Source: Clostridia bacterium (GTDB taxonomy: Bacteria > Bacillota > Clostridia > Christensenellales > DTU072). Taken from it: DNA of 64,000 bases. A model generated the notes under the pieces. The model saw only the letters and a program-made list of their open reading frames with translations. It was not told the origin of the DNA and searched no databases. Positions 9,456 through 16,651 of this stretch are shown here, piece after piece (position 1 is the stretch's first letter; every line of letters begins with the position of its first letter). The stretch is taken from the NCBI GenBank assembly GCA_017504305.1, contig JAFVRJ010000001.1, positions 13,562 to 77,561 of the forward strand, given 5' to 3'. A program made the position numbers and the translations under genes.

Positions 9456-9585
9456 AACGCTATGATATTGCTTTTTTGCCTCATAATACAAGTAAAAATG
9501 TTTTGTTGAAGTTTGTCGATTAAAAACTATGTTTTTAGGGTAACGCTTGTTGTGTTTTGGGTGTGTATGCATTATATGCTTGAGC

Positions 9586-9958
9586 ATATGGACCACAAAG
9601 AAGCAAGCAAGACGAATAAATACAAAAAACCACAACGAGAGCGTGTTTGACGTACGTGACTTGTAGAGGGCTTTGATTTTGTGGTGTATTGCGGTGCCCA
9701 TGCGTGGGATTAGACCGCGTAGAAGCAAGCAAGACAAATAAATACAAAACCCCACGACGGGAGTGTACTTGAACGTACATGACCGAGTGAGGTTTTTCTT
9801 GTTTGGGAAGATTGCGAGGTTTGTGCGTGGTATTAAACCGCGTAGAAGCGAGCAAGACGAAGAAAACGGCGCACTCCCCGATATGAGCGTACTTGGTCGT
9901 ACGTGATTGAGGGGGTGCGCCTGTTTGATGCAGTATTGCGAAGCTTATCCGCGGTTTA
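9586..9958. repeat. tandem array A of the ~123-bp hairpin repeat family (3 units plus degenerate remnants upstream to about 9500)
   Basis: Unit starts are TGGACCACA 9589, TAGACCGCG 9711 and TAAACCGCG 9834. All share GAAGC(A/G)AGCAAGAC and GAG(C/T)GT(A/G)(C/T)T-N4-CGTAC(A/G)TGA(C/T) cores. The array ends in the inverted copy CCGCGGTTTA at 9949-9958. Confidence 0.9.
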
Positions 9959-11777
9959 AAACGGCTTTGATACGACGCACACCCGCCGAAGAACTTTGCT
10001 CTTTTTGAATTTTGAACTTGCCGAGTTCGGAAGTCTTGGATGCATGAGGTCCGCCACAGATTTCCTTGCTGTAGGTGCCGATGGAGTAAACTTTTACGAG
10101 CTCGCCGTAACGATCACCGAATACGCCGATAGCGCCTTGTTCACGAGCCTTTTCAACAGGCATTTCTTCGCAAGTAACGGGGATATCGGATGCGATAACT
10201 GCGTTAACTTCATCTTCAACGGCCTTGATTTCTTCAGGAGTCAAGGGGCGAGAGAAGTTAAAGTCTACACGGAGTCTTTCAGAGGTGATGTTACTACCCT
10301 TTTGCATAACGGTTTCGTCGTTCAAAACCTTGCGGAGAGCTGCAAGCAAAATATGGGTTGCGGTGTGGTAGTTGGTGGTTGCTTCGTTTTGCTCGGTAAG
10401 ACCGCCCTTTGCAGCTTGAGCTTGTGCCTTGGAAAGTTCTTGGTGTGCTTTGAATGCTTCGTTAAATCCCTTTTCATCAACGGTCAAACCTCTTTCGTCT
10501 GCAAGCTCGATGGTTAGCTCGAGGGGGTATCCGAAGGTGTCGTATAATCTAAAGGCTTGTTTGCCGGAAATCTCGGTTTCGGGTACGTAACTCGGGTCTT
10601 TTTGGGACATAAACTCGTTCTTACGTTGCATACCGGAAATAATTTTTTCGAACTCTTTCATACCGCCGGCAAGGGTAACTTCGAACTTTTTAATCTCTTT
10701 GGTGATCTCATCTAAAATGTAATCTTCCTTTTCTACAAGGAGGGGATAGGCTTCGTCGTAAATCTTTTCGATAAAGATTTTAGCAACTTCACACATCTCG
10801 GTTGCGGGGATGCCGAGATTCTTTGAGTATCTGATAGCACGGCGAAGAAGTCTTCTCAAAATGTAGCCTGCACCGGTGTTGGAAGGAACGATTCCGTTGA
10901 CGTCACCGATAAGCATAACAGCAGTTCTCGTGTGGTCCGCGATAATTCTCATCGCCTTGGTATCCGCTTCGTTTACGCCGTATGCTTTGCCCGATGCGCT
11001 CTCTAAATGAGCGATAGCACCTGCAAAAAGGTCGGTCTTGTAACCATCGTCCAATCCGTTTAAGAAGAGAAGCAATCTATCAAGACCGAAGCCGGTATCA
11101 ACGTTTTTGTTCTCGAGTTCTTCGTACTTACCGCCTTCAAGTTTCTTGTATTGCATGTAAACGTCGTTGCCGATTTCAACGTATCTGCCACAATCACAGT
11201 TAACGTCGCAAGTGTCACAGCAAGGATTATCGTGACGGGGATAGAACCACTCGTTATCAGGTCCGCAAGGAGTGCCTACGGTACCTTCGAGTTCCCACCA
11301 GTTATTGGATTTATCTAAATAGAAAATGTTTTCGTCCTTGATGCCGAGTTCTTTGAGGTAGGATGCCGTTTCTTCATCGCGAGGAGCAGCGTTATTGCCC
11401 TCGAAAACGGTGGAGCAAATCTTGTCCTTATCAAATCCGAATACTTTTGTCAAAAGTTCAAACGACCAAGCGGTTTTTTCCTTTTTGAAATAATCGCCCA
11501 AACTCCAGTTACCCATCATTTCAAAAAAGGTAAAGTGGGTAGCATCGCCAACGGAGTCGATATCAACCGTTCTTACGCAACCTTGAACGTTGCAAAGTCT
11601 GGTGCCCATGGGGTGCTTTTTACCAAGAAGATAGGGCATGAGCGGTTGCATGCCGGCAACGTTAAACATTACGCCGGTAGTACCGTCGCCAATAAGCGAA
11701 ACTGCACCGATATTGGTGTGGCCTTTGCTTTCGTAAAACTTAATCCATTTTTCTCTTAATTCTTTTGATGTAATCAT
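9945..11777 (-). CDS. alaS: alanine--tRNA ligase, short form (610 aa; catalytic, tRNA-recognition and editing domains; no C-Ala domain)
   Basis: Motifs FTFFEMMGNWSLGDYFK, DTGFGLDRL, editing HTATHILLAAL and CGGPH. The protein ends ...AGVRRIKAVLNRG right after the editing domain. Confidence 0.9.
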   Translation of the reverse strand: MITSKELREKWIKFYESKGHTNIGAVSLIGDGTTGVMFNVAGMQPLMPYLLGKKHPMGTRLCNVQGCVRTVDIDSVGDATHFTFFEMMGNWSLGDYFKKEKTAWSFELLTKVFGFDKDKICSTVFEGNNAAPRDEETASYLKELGIKDENIFYLDKSNNWWELEGTVGTPCGPDNEWFYPRHDNPCCDTCDVNCDCGRYVEIGNDVYMQYKKLEGGKYEELENKNVDTGFGLDRLLLFLNGLDDGYKTDLFAGAIAHLESASGKAYGVNEADTKAMRIIADHTRTAVMLIGDVNGIVPSNTGAGYILRRLLRRAIRYSKNLGIPATEMCEVAKIFIEKIYDEAYPLLVEKEDYILDEITKEIKKFEVTLAGGMKEFEKIISGMQRKNEFMSQKDPSYVPETEISGKQAFRLYDTFGYPLELTIELADERGLTVDEKGFNEAFKAHQELSKAQAQAAKGGLTEQNEATTNYHTATHILLAALRKVLNDETVMQKGSNITSERLRVDFNFSRPLTPEEIKAVEDEVNAVIASDIPVTCEEMPVEKAREQGAIGVFGDRYGELVKVYSIGTYSKEICGGPHASKTSELGKFKIQKEQSSSAGVRRIKAVLNRG

Positions 11778-12976
11778 ATCCTCTCCAACATAGTTGTTAT
11801 TATACTTTGTCCGTCCGCCAAATAAATGCCGTTTTGGGCATCCGACTCGGCGTATTTGAGCCCCATATCCTTGTGGTCATAGCTCTTGTAAATCATATAA
11901 GGAACCGGCTCGGGGGTATGGGTTTTTCTTACTATCGGGGTGCGGTGATCGGGTAGAACGGCTATGGTAAAGTCACCCTTATCCTTTAGGTAATCGTATA
12001 GTCTACCCACGACGTAATCAACCTTTTCGATGGCCTTTATCTTGCCTTCAAGGTCGCCTTGGTGGCCACACTCGTCGGGAGCTTCAAGGTGAACGTAAAC
12101 GTAGTCTGCGCCCCCTTCAAAGCAGTTGATAGCCGCTTGAATTTTACCTTCCCAATTGGTGTGTAAAGTACCGGTTGCGCCTTCGACGTCGGGGGATGCC
12201 ATACCGCTTCCTTTGGCGATGCCCTTTAGGAGGTCGACCGCGGAAATGATAGCGCCGTTTAAGCCGTACTTTTCATAAAAGTCGTCAAGACGGGGCTTGG
12301 TGCCTGCTCCCCAAAACCATACGTGGGTTGCAGGGTTCTTGCCTTCGCTTATTCTTTTGAGGTTTACGGGGTGGTTTTTGAGAATTTCGCCCGAGCGCTC
12401 AATGAGGTCGATAAGAGCTTCCGCGCCCTCGCCGTGAGGAAGATATTCCCCTATTACTTTACCGCTTATATCGTGTGGCGGAGTTAGCTCGGTGGCGGTA
12501 GTGCCCTCTTTAATAATCAAACAATGGCGATAGCTTACGCCCGCATAAAAGCTGTATTTAGAGGTAGATAGCGCCTCTTTTACCGCAAAGATTAGTTCTT
12601 TAGCCTCTTGGGTGGAGATTTCACCTGCGGAGTAATCCACCATGGTTTTATTGCATAAATCGGGTTCGTCCGAAAGGGTTACGAGGTTGGTGCGCACTGC
12701 AACGTCGTCGATTGCCATGTCGACGCCGATAGAAAGAGCTTCCAAGGGGCTTCTGCCGGTATAATAACGGTCGGGCGCGTATCCGATAACGCTCAAGTTA
12801 GCGACGTCGCTACCGGGCTTCATGCCCTCGGGAACGGTAAGAACCAAACCTATTTGACTTTTGGAGGCGAGCATATCGATATTGGGGGTATTAGCCTTTT
12901 CGATTGGGGTAAGACCACCAAGGGAATCGAGCTTATAATCCGCCATACCATCGCCTAAAACAACGAGATGTTTCAT
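11774..12976 (-). CDS. cofactor-independent phosphoglycerate mutase, ApgM-type (family also annotated as proposed homoserine kinase)
   Basis: MKHLVVLGDGMAD...NTPNIDMLA...GSDVANLSVIGY...HLEAPDECGHQGD. I chose the start at 12976 because the predicted promoter (13004-13033) lies inside the longer track ORF. ATGA overlap with alaS. Confidence 0.8.
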   Translation of the reverse strand: MKHLVVLGDGMADYKLDSLGGLTPIEKANTPNIDMLASKSQIGLVLTVPEGMKPGSDVANLSVIGYAPDRYYTGRSPLEALSIGVDMAIDDVAVRTNLVTLSDEPDLCNKTMVDYSAGEISTQEAKELIFAVKEALSTSKYSFYAGVSYRHCLIIKEGTTATELTPPHDISGKVIGEYLPHGEGAEALIDLIERSGEILKNHPVNLKRISEGKNPATHVWFWGAGTKPRLDDFYEKYGLNGAIISAVDLLKGIAKGSGMASPDVEGATGTLHTNWEGKIQAAINCFEGGADYVYVHLEAPDECGHQGDLEGKIKAIEKVDYVVGRLYDYLKDKGDFTIAVLPDHRTPIVRKTHTPEPVPYMIYKSYDHKDMGLKYAESDAQNGIYLADGQSIITTMLERI

Positions 12977-13003
12977 ACAATTACCCATACGGAATTTTTT
13001 AAC

Positions 13004-13033
13004 ATTATACCCTAAAAGTTGATAATAAGTCAA
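13004..13033 (-). promoter_or_regulatory. putative sigma-A promoter for apgM-alaS
   Basis: On the minus strand: TTGACT (13033-13028), a 18-nt spacer and TATAAT (13009-13004). Confidence 0.6.
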
Positions 13034-13042
13034 AGAATTAGA

Positions 13043-13071
13043 TTGACAAAAGGCATTTTGTGTGATAATAT
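13043..13071 (+). promoter_or_regulatory. putative sigma-A promoter for the tRNA-Ser transcription unit
   Basis: TTGACA (13043-13048), a 17-nt spacer and TAATAT (13066-13071). It is back to back with the apgM promoter. Confidence 0.6.
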
Positions 13072-13139
13072 CATTAAGTGCTAAAGGGCGCGAGCCACAA
13101 AAGCGACAAAAACAACTAAATAGTTCAATAATAAACTAC

Positions 13140-13213
13140 GGAGAAATACCCAAGAGGCCGAAGGCCGACTATGTCGGGACTCAGCCTGATAAACATCCAC
13201 TGGAAGTTTCTCC
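13140..13213 (+). other. tRNA-Ser-derived fragment: identical 25-nt 5' end and matching 3' acceptor strand, but no valid cloverleaf
   Basis: GGAGAAATACCCAAGAGGCCGAAGG (13140-13164) is identical to 13297-13321 of the real tRNA. TTTCTCC recurs 74 nt downstream of the fragment start. The interior has a 3-nt-loop hairpin (CCGAC-TAT-GTCGG) and no T-arm. Confidence 0.5.
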
Positions 13214-13296
13214 AAGACGGCTTCGTCCCCCTGCTTCGGGATACTCCCTTAGCATTGGAGCCAAAATACAACTCAATACTTTATTTATATATCTAC

Positions 13297-13388
13297 GGAG
13301 AAATACCCAAGAGGCCGAAGGGGCTCCCCTGCTAAGGGAGTAGTACGTGAGAAGCGTAGCCAGGGTTCAAATCCCTGTTTCTCCGCCA
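13297..13388 (+). tRNA. tRNA-Ser (anticodon GCU), CCA-encoded
   Basis: Acceptor GGAGAAA/TTTCTCC, anticodon arm CTCCC-CTGCTAA-GGGAG, a long variable arm, T-arm CAGGG-TTCAAAT-CCCTG, discriminator G and CCA. Confidence 0.92.
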
Positions 13389-13394
13389 ACAAAA

Positions 13395-13424
13395 GTCTTA
13401 ACCTAATTGGTTAAGGCTTTTTTG
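13395..13424 (+). terminator. rho-independent terminator after tRNA-Ser
   Basis: Hairpin GTCTTAACC-TAATT-GGTTAAGGC followed by TTTTTT. Confidence 0.75.
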
Positions 13425-13668
13425 TTGCAAAAAACAGTGAGGTGTACCCTTTTGCAAAGCAAACGGGTGCACAAGTTTGGCAGTCTGATCACTTTGTGAA
13501 ATGATAGTTCGCCTTGCTCGCATTATAGCCAATAAATTGGCATTGGCTCTAAAGCCAAACCTGGCGAAAGTACAAACTTGTTTTGTATGTTTTTAACCAA
13601 CTAACAATTTTACGTGCATATTGCTTTGAAATGCCTTTTATCTTTGAGCGAGAATTTCTTTCGCGATA

Positions 13669-13683
13669 CTGTTTCTCCGCCAA
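13669..13683 (+). repeat. 15-nt direct duplicate of the tRNA-Ser 3' end (att-like scar)
   Basis: CTGTTTCTCCGCCAA at 13669-13683 is identical to 13375-13389, the 3' end of the tRNA. The copies are about 294 bp apart. Confidence 0.7.
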
Positions 13684-13685
13684 AC

Positions 13686-13726
13686 ATAACCTAATCCGAA
13701 CTCAATTCGGGTTAGGTTATTTTCTT
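13686..13726 (+). terminator. second terminator-like hairpin after the duplicated tRNA 3' end
   Basis: ATAACCTAATCCGAA-CTCAA-TTCGGGTTAGGTTAT followed by TTTTC. It mirrors the arrangement after the genuine tRNA. Confidence 0.55.
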
Positions 13727-13900
13727 TATATAAAGTCCTTTCGTAAGGGCTTTTTTCTTTTTATTCAATACAGGAACACGCCATAGTGCCAAAGATTAAA
13801 TTTTAGTTCATTTTATGTTGTTGTAATATCTAAAGAGATTGAAATTAATTAAAACTTATACTATAATTAAAAAAACCAAATAGATAATAGCGGTGTATAA

Positions 13901-14043
13901 ATGCGTTTTTTAGGAAATAAAACGAGAATGTTGTAAAATATCCAATTTGTATAGATGACAATAATATAAATGGTGAGGTGTTTTGCGACTTATTTGCAGG
14001 CTCTGGTTCTGTTGGCGATTATTACAATAAGGGTAGTATATGA
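13901..14043 (+). pseudogene. N-terminal remnant of a DNA methyltransferase (frameshifted and truncated)
   Basis: ATG 13901 encodes MRFLGNKTRML then stops. The +1 frame continues KYPICIDDNNINGEVFCDLFAGSGSVGDYYNKGSI then stops. DLFAGSGSVG is an SAM-binding motif I, and the reading frame ends at the ATG of the next gene. Confidence 0.6.
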
Positions 14044-15479
14044 AGAAAACATATGTAACTAAAATGCCTAATCATATTGGTGCTTTTCTTAAAGCAAGTA
14101 AATGTTTTTCCGAACTTGGCATTAATATTACAAGAGTAAGTTATAATAAAGCCGTTGATTCTCACACACTATTTATTGAAGTTGACGGTGAAAAAACACG
14201 TTTAGATCAAGCAAATAAAAAATTAAAAGAAATCGGTTATCTTTCTAATGCGGAAGAAAATAGCAAAATTGTTTTGTTGTCTTTTTATTTAAAGGACGTT
14301 CCTGGGAGCGTCACTAACGTTTTAGAACTAATTAGTAAGTTTAATTTTAATATTTCATATATAAGCTCTCAAGAAAACGGTAGTGAATATCAACAATTCA
14401 AAATGGGATTATACATCAACGATGTAAATAGTTTGACTGAGTTTTTAACTCAAGCCGAAAAGCTTTGTGAGGTTAAAGTTATAGACTACAATAATACTGA
14501 AAAAGTCTATGACAATAGTATTTTCTACAATTCATATGTCGACGGCTTAATAAAAACATTAACGCTTCCATTAGATAAGAAAGAAAAGCTTTTAGTAAAT
14601 GTGAATTTAGCGATGCAAACGCTTGACGAACAAGGTCTTTCTCCTTATATAACTTTTGATAGCATTAGTAAATTTGCAGAACTTTTAGCAGAATGTAAGG
14701 GAGATAACTTTCATCCGAGAGTAACTGAACATTACATAACTGAAACAACTAAAATTATACTTATAGAACCTGATTGCGGTAGTAATACCACAATAATAGA
14801 AAGCAAAGGAGAAAGACTTTTTATTGATTCGGGCTACGCTTGTTATAAAAAAGAAATGCTTGAACTAATAAAAACGCTTGTTCCCGATTTTAAAAAACAA
14901 AAAGAAAAATTACTAATTACTCACGTAGACGTTGACCATACAGGTCTTATTAATGAATTTGACGAAATTATACTTAGTCAAAGAAGCGCTGAAAGTTTAT
15001 TACTCGAAGCAAACAAATTGCCTGGATTTAGAGAGAAAAACCATTTGCATCTCCCTTACGTTAACATCTGCAAAATATTAACAGAATATGAAGTTGCAGA
15101 TAAAAAGAAACTATGCCCGATGTGGAAAAAATCCAGTTTAACTGCGCCTATAGAACAAATCGGCTTTTATAATATAGGAGAACTTAATTTTGAGGTTTAT
15201 GAAGGAAAGGGAGGCCATTTATCTGGTGAAATATTATTAATTGATTATGAAAACAAAATAGCCTTTTCGGGTGATATTTTTATCAATCTTTCGGAATTAA
15301 CTAAAAAACAAGCCGAATATAATAAATACGCACCGATACTAATGACTTCAGTTGATACCGATTCGAAACTTTGTTCAAAAGAACGCGCTACTTTTTTGCA
15401 AAGATTAGGCATTGGAGAATGGAATATTTTTGGTGGACATGGACAAATGAAAGTTTATGCGCCTCAAGTAAAGAAATAA
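14040..15479 (+). CDS. ACT-domain (x2) plus MBL-fold metallo-hydrolase fusion protein
   Basis: The N-terminal ACT-like halves are HIGAFLKASKCFSELGINITRVSY and VPGSVTNVLELISKFNFNISYISS. The C-terminal MBL-like motifs are ITHVDVDHTG (a variant of HxHxDH), GGHLSGE and GGHG. The gene is markedly AT-rich. Confidence 0.6.
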   Translation: MKKTYVTKMPNHIGAFLKASKCFSELGINITRVSYNKAVDSHTLFIEVDGEKTRLDQANKKLKEIGYLSNAEENSKIVLLSFYLKDVPGSVTNVLELISKFNFNISYISSQENGSEYQQFKMGLYINDVNSLTEFLTQAEKLCEVKVIDYNNTEKVYDNSIFYNSYVDGLIKTLTLPLDKKEKLLVNVNLAMQTLDEQGLSPYITFDSISKFAELLAECKGDNFHPRVTEHYITETTKIILIEPDCGSNTTIIESKGERLFIDSGYACYKKEMLELIKTLVPDFKKQKEKLLITHVDVDHTGLINEFDEIILSQRSAESLLLEANKLPGFREKNHLHLPYVNICKILTEYEVADKKKLCPMWKKSSLTAPIEQIGFYNIGELNFEVYEGKGGHLSGEILLIDYENKIAFSGDIFINLSELTKKQAEYNKYAPILMTSVDTDSKLCSKERATFLQRLGIGEWNIFGGHGQMKVYAPQVKK

Positions 15480-15668
15480 AAATATAATTTCTGTTAAATT
15501 CCCATCGTAATTATAAGAAAAAACGCTAAGAATTGATTGATTCTTAGCCAAAAATAATTAACTCTTTTGCGTAGACTAACTTACCTTATCTTTTCCTATT
15601 AATTTTACGTTTTACACGCTCCGCCAAGAGAAGCACGAATGCACCCCTTTGGGGTCGTCAAAATAAAG

Positions 15669-15690
15669 AAGCGGCGAATCATCGCCGCTT
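15669..15690 (-). terminator. rho-independent terminator of the 175-aa lipoprotein gene
   Basis: Hairpin AAGCGGCGA-ATCA-TCGCCGCTT with a T-rich tract on the minus strand. Confidence 0.6.
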
Positions 15691-15720
15691 AAACTTATTT
15701 GTTTTATCTTTTATATCTTA

Positions 15721-16248
15721 TTATCTGACGTAACCGGTACCGGTAAACATTCCCCTTATGCGAGCCTTTACCTCTACTTGACTACCGGAGTGGAAATCAT
15801 TCTTATCATCTGCTTTAATTAGAACGGACATATATATTGTATCTTGGTTTGCATAATCTGCGAACCTGTCTAACGCATCTTTGCCAACTATTCCTTGCTT
15901 TTCTAAAACTAAAGCGATACTTCCTTTATAGAAACCTCCTTCTGATCTCTTATAAGTCAAAGTAGAGTAGCCTAAAGAGATCCCGTCTCCCCATTTCTTT
16001 TCCCAAATAGCGCGCGAAGCCCTATCGACGATTTGGGCATTTGTGATTACGACTTCACCATCTTGATAGTAACCCGAGATAGTTACTTGCATGGAATCAC
16101 CAGTATCTGCGTAATAATGGTCGTATATTGTTACAGTAGCGCCAAAACTTGTTTTCGGTGGGTTATCGCATCCTGATGCAACAAAAACTGCAGAAACTAA
16201 AACTATGATTAACGTTAAAATGGATATTATTCTCGTTGCCTTTTTCAT
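15721..16248 (-). CDS. hypothetical lipoprotein (175 aa)
   Basis: Signal peptide plus lipobox MKKATRIISILTLIIVLVSAVFVASGC. I recognise no family. The gene is AT-rich. Confidence 0.65.
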   Translation of the reverse strand: MKKATRIISILTLIIVLVSAVFVASGCDNPPKTSFGATVTIYDHYYADTGDSMQVTISGYYQDGEVVITNAQIVDRASRAIWEKKWGDGISLGYSTLTYKRSEGGFYKGSIALVLEKQGIVGKDALDRFADYANQDTIYMSVLIKADDKNDFHSGSQVEVKARIRGMFTGTGYVR

Positions 16249-16316
16249 TTCCTTTTTTCTCCAAATTTCTTTTATGATATATTATTATCGTAAAATTACA
16301 CAAAAAATAAAGATGT

Positions 16317-16355
16317 GGCAAAGTTAGTAGCTTTTTTGGCAAAGTTAGTAGCTTT
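16317..16355. promoter_or_regulatory. two identical 18-nt direct repeats at 21-bp phasing upstream of the lipoprotein gene
   Basis: GGCAAAGTTAGTAGCTTT occurs at 16317-16334 and 16338-16355, which is 70-107 bp upstream of the ATG at 16248. Confidence 0.45.
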
Positions 16356-16598
16356 AAGCTTTATCCATATACTTACTGTACAAAAGATAACTCCGTTGCG
16401 CCTGCCGAATATACAACGCTTGCTATCGGCGCAAATGACGCACATTAATCGTTTCGAAAAGAGGAACTTGTTTTTAACCTATTCAAAAAGCACCAATATG
16501 GTGCCCTTTTGCTTTTAAATGGATTGAAAATTTTTATAATATGGGTTTATCTTTCGCTGTTGAGAGTGGCGTTTAAAACTTGTAACTCTGCTATCTAT

Positions 16599-16637
16599 CA
16601 AAAAAAGGGTTAAAAGCCGATGCCTTTAACCCCTTTG
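16599..16637 (-). terminator. rho-independent terminator of the 691-aa surface protein gene
   Basis: On the minus strand: AAAGGGGTTAAAGG-CATCGG-CTTTTAACCCTTT followed by TTTTTT. Confidence 0.7.
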
Positions 16638-16651
16638 GCTGTTTGTTTTTA

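Noticed and set aside
9290-9530. Remnants of an AlaRS C-Ala domain downstream of the repeat array, which would prove truncation of alaS by insertion.
   Set aside because: Translating the minus strand here gives nothing resembling the C-Ala/DHHA1 region (no GGGxxxxAQAGG-like motif). Truncation therefore remains unproven.
9357-9855. ORFs 9357-9755 and 9535-9855, and similarly 26607-26900, 26630-26812 and 44227-44424, as protein-coding genes.
   Set aside because: They lie entirely within the repeat arrays. They have no RBS and low-complexity translations, and their reading frames are created by the repeated sequence.
9500-9958. A CRISPR array as the explanation for the regularly spaced repeats (also at 26513-26893 and 44288-44557).
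   Set aside because: The period is about 123-129 bp, not 60-75 bp. The sequences between the most conserved blocks are themselves homologous between units, so there are no unique spacers. No cas genes or leader are present.
13140-13213. A second functional tRNA upstream of tRNA-Ser.
   Set aside because: The acceptor strands and D-region match, but the putative anticodon hairpin has a 3-nt loop and no T-arm can be formed. I report it as a tRNA-derived fragment instead.
13062-13343. The 93-aa ORF overlapping the tRNA region.
   Set aside because: It runs through the promoter, the tRNA fragment and the tRNA-Ser gene, so it is not credible as coding.
15518-15548. Hairpin GCTAAGAAT-TGATTG-ATTCTTAGC as the terminator of the ACT-MBL gene.
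   Set aside because: The U-tract is on the wrong (minus) side for the plus-strand gene. It may be a secondary minus-strand terminator, so I did not list it as a feature.
16315-16518. The GTG-initiated 67-aa ORF starting in the 18-nt direct repeats.
   Set aside because: Its N-terminus (AKLVAFLAKLVAL) is just the translated DNA repeat, and it has no RBS. It is more likely promoter or regulatory DNA of the divergent lipoprotein gene.
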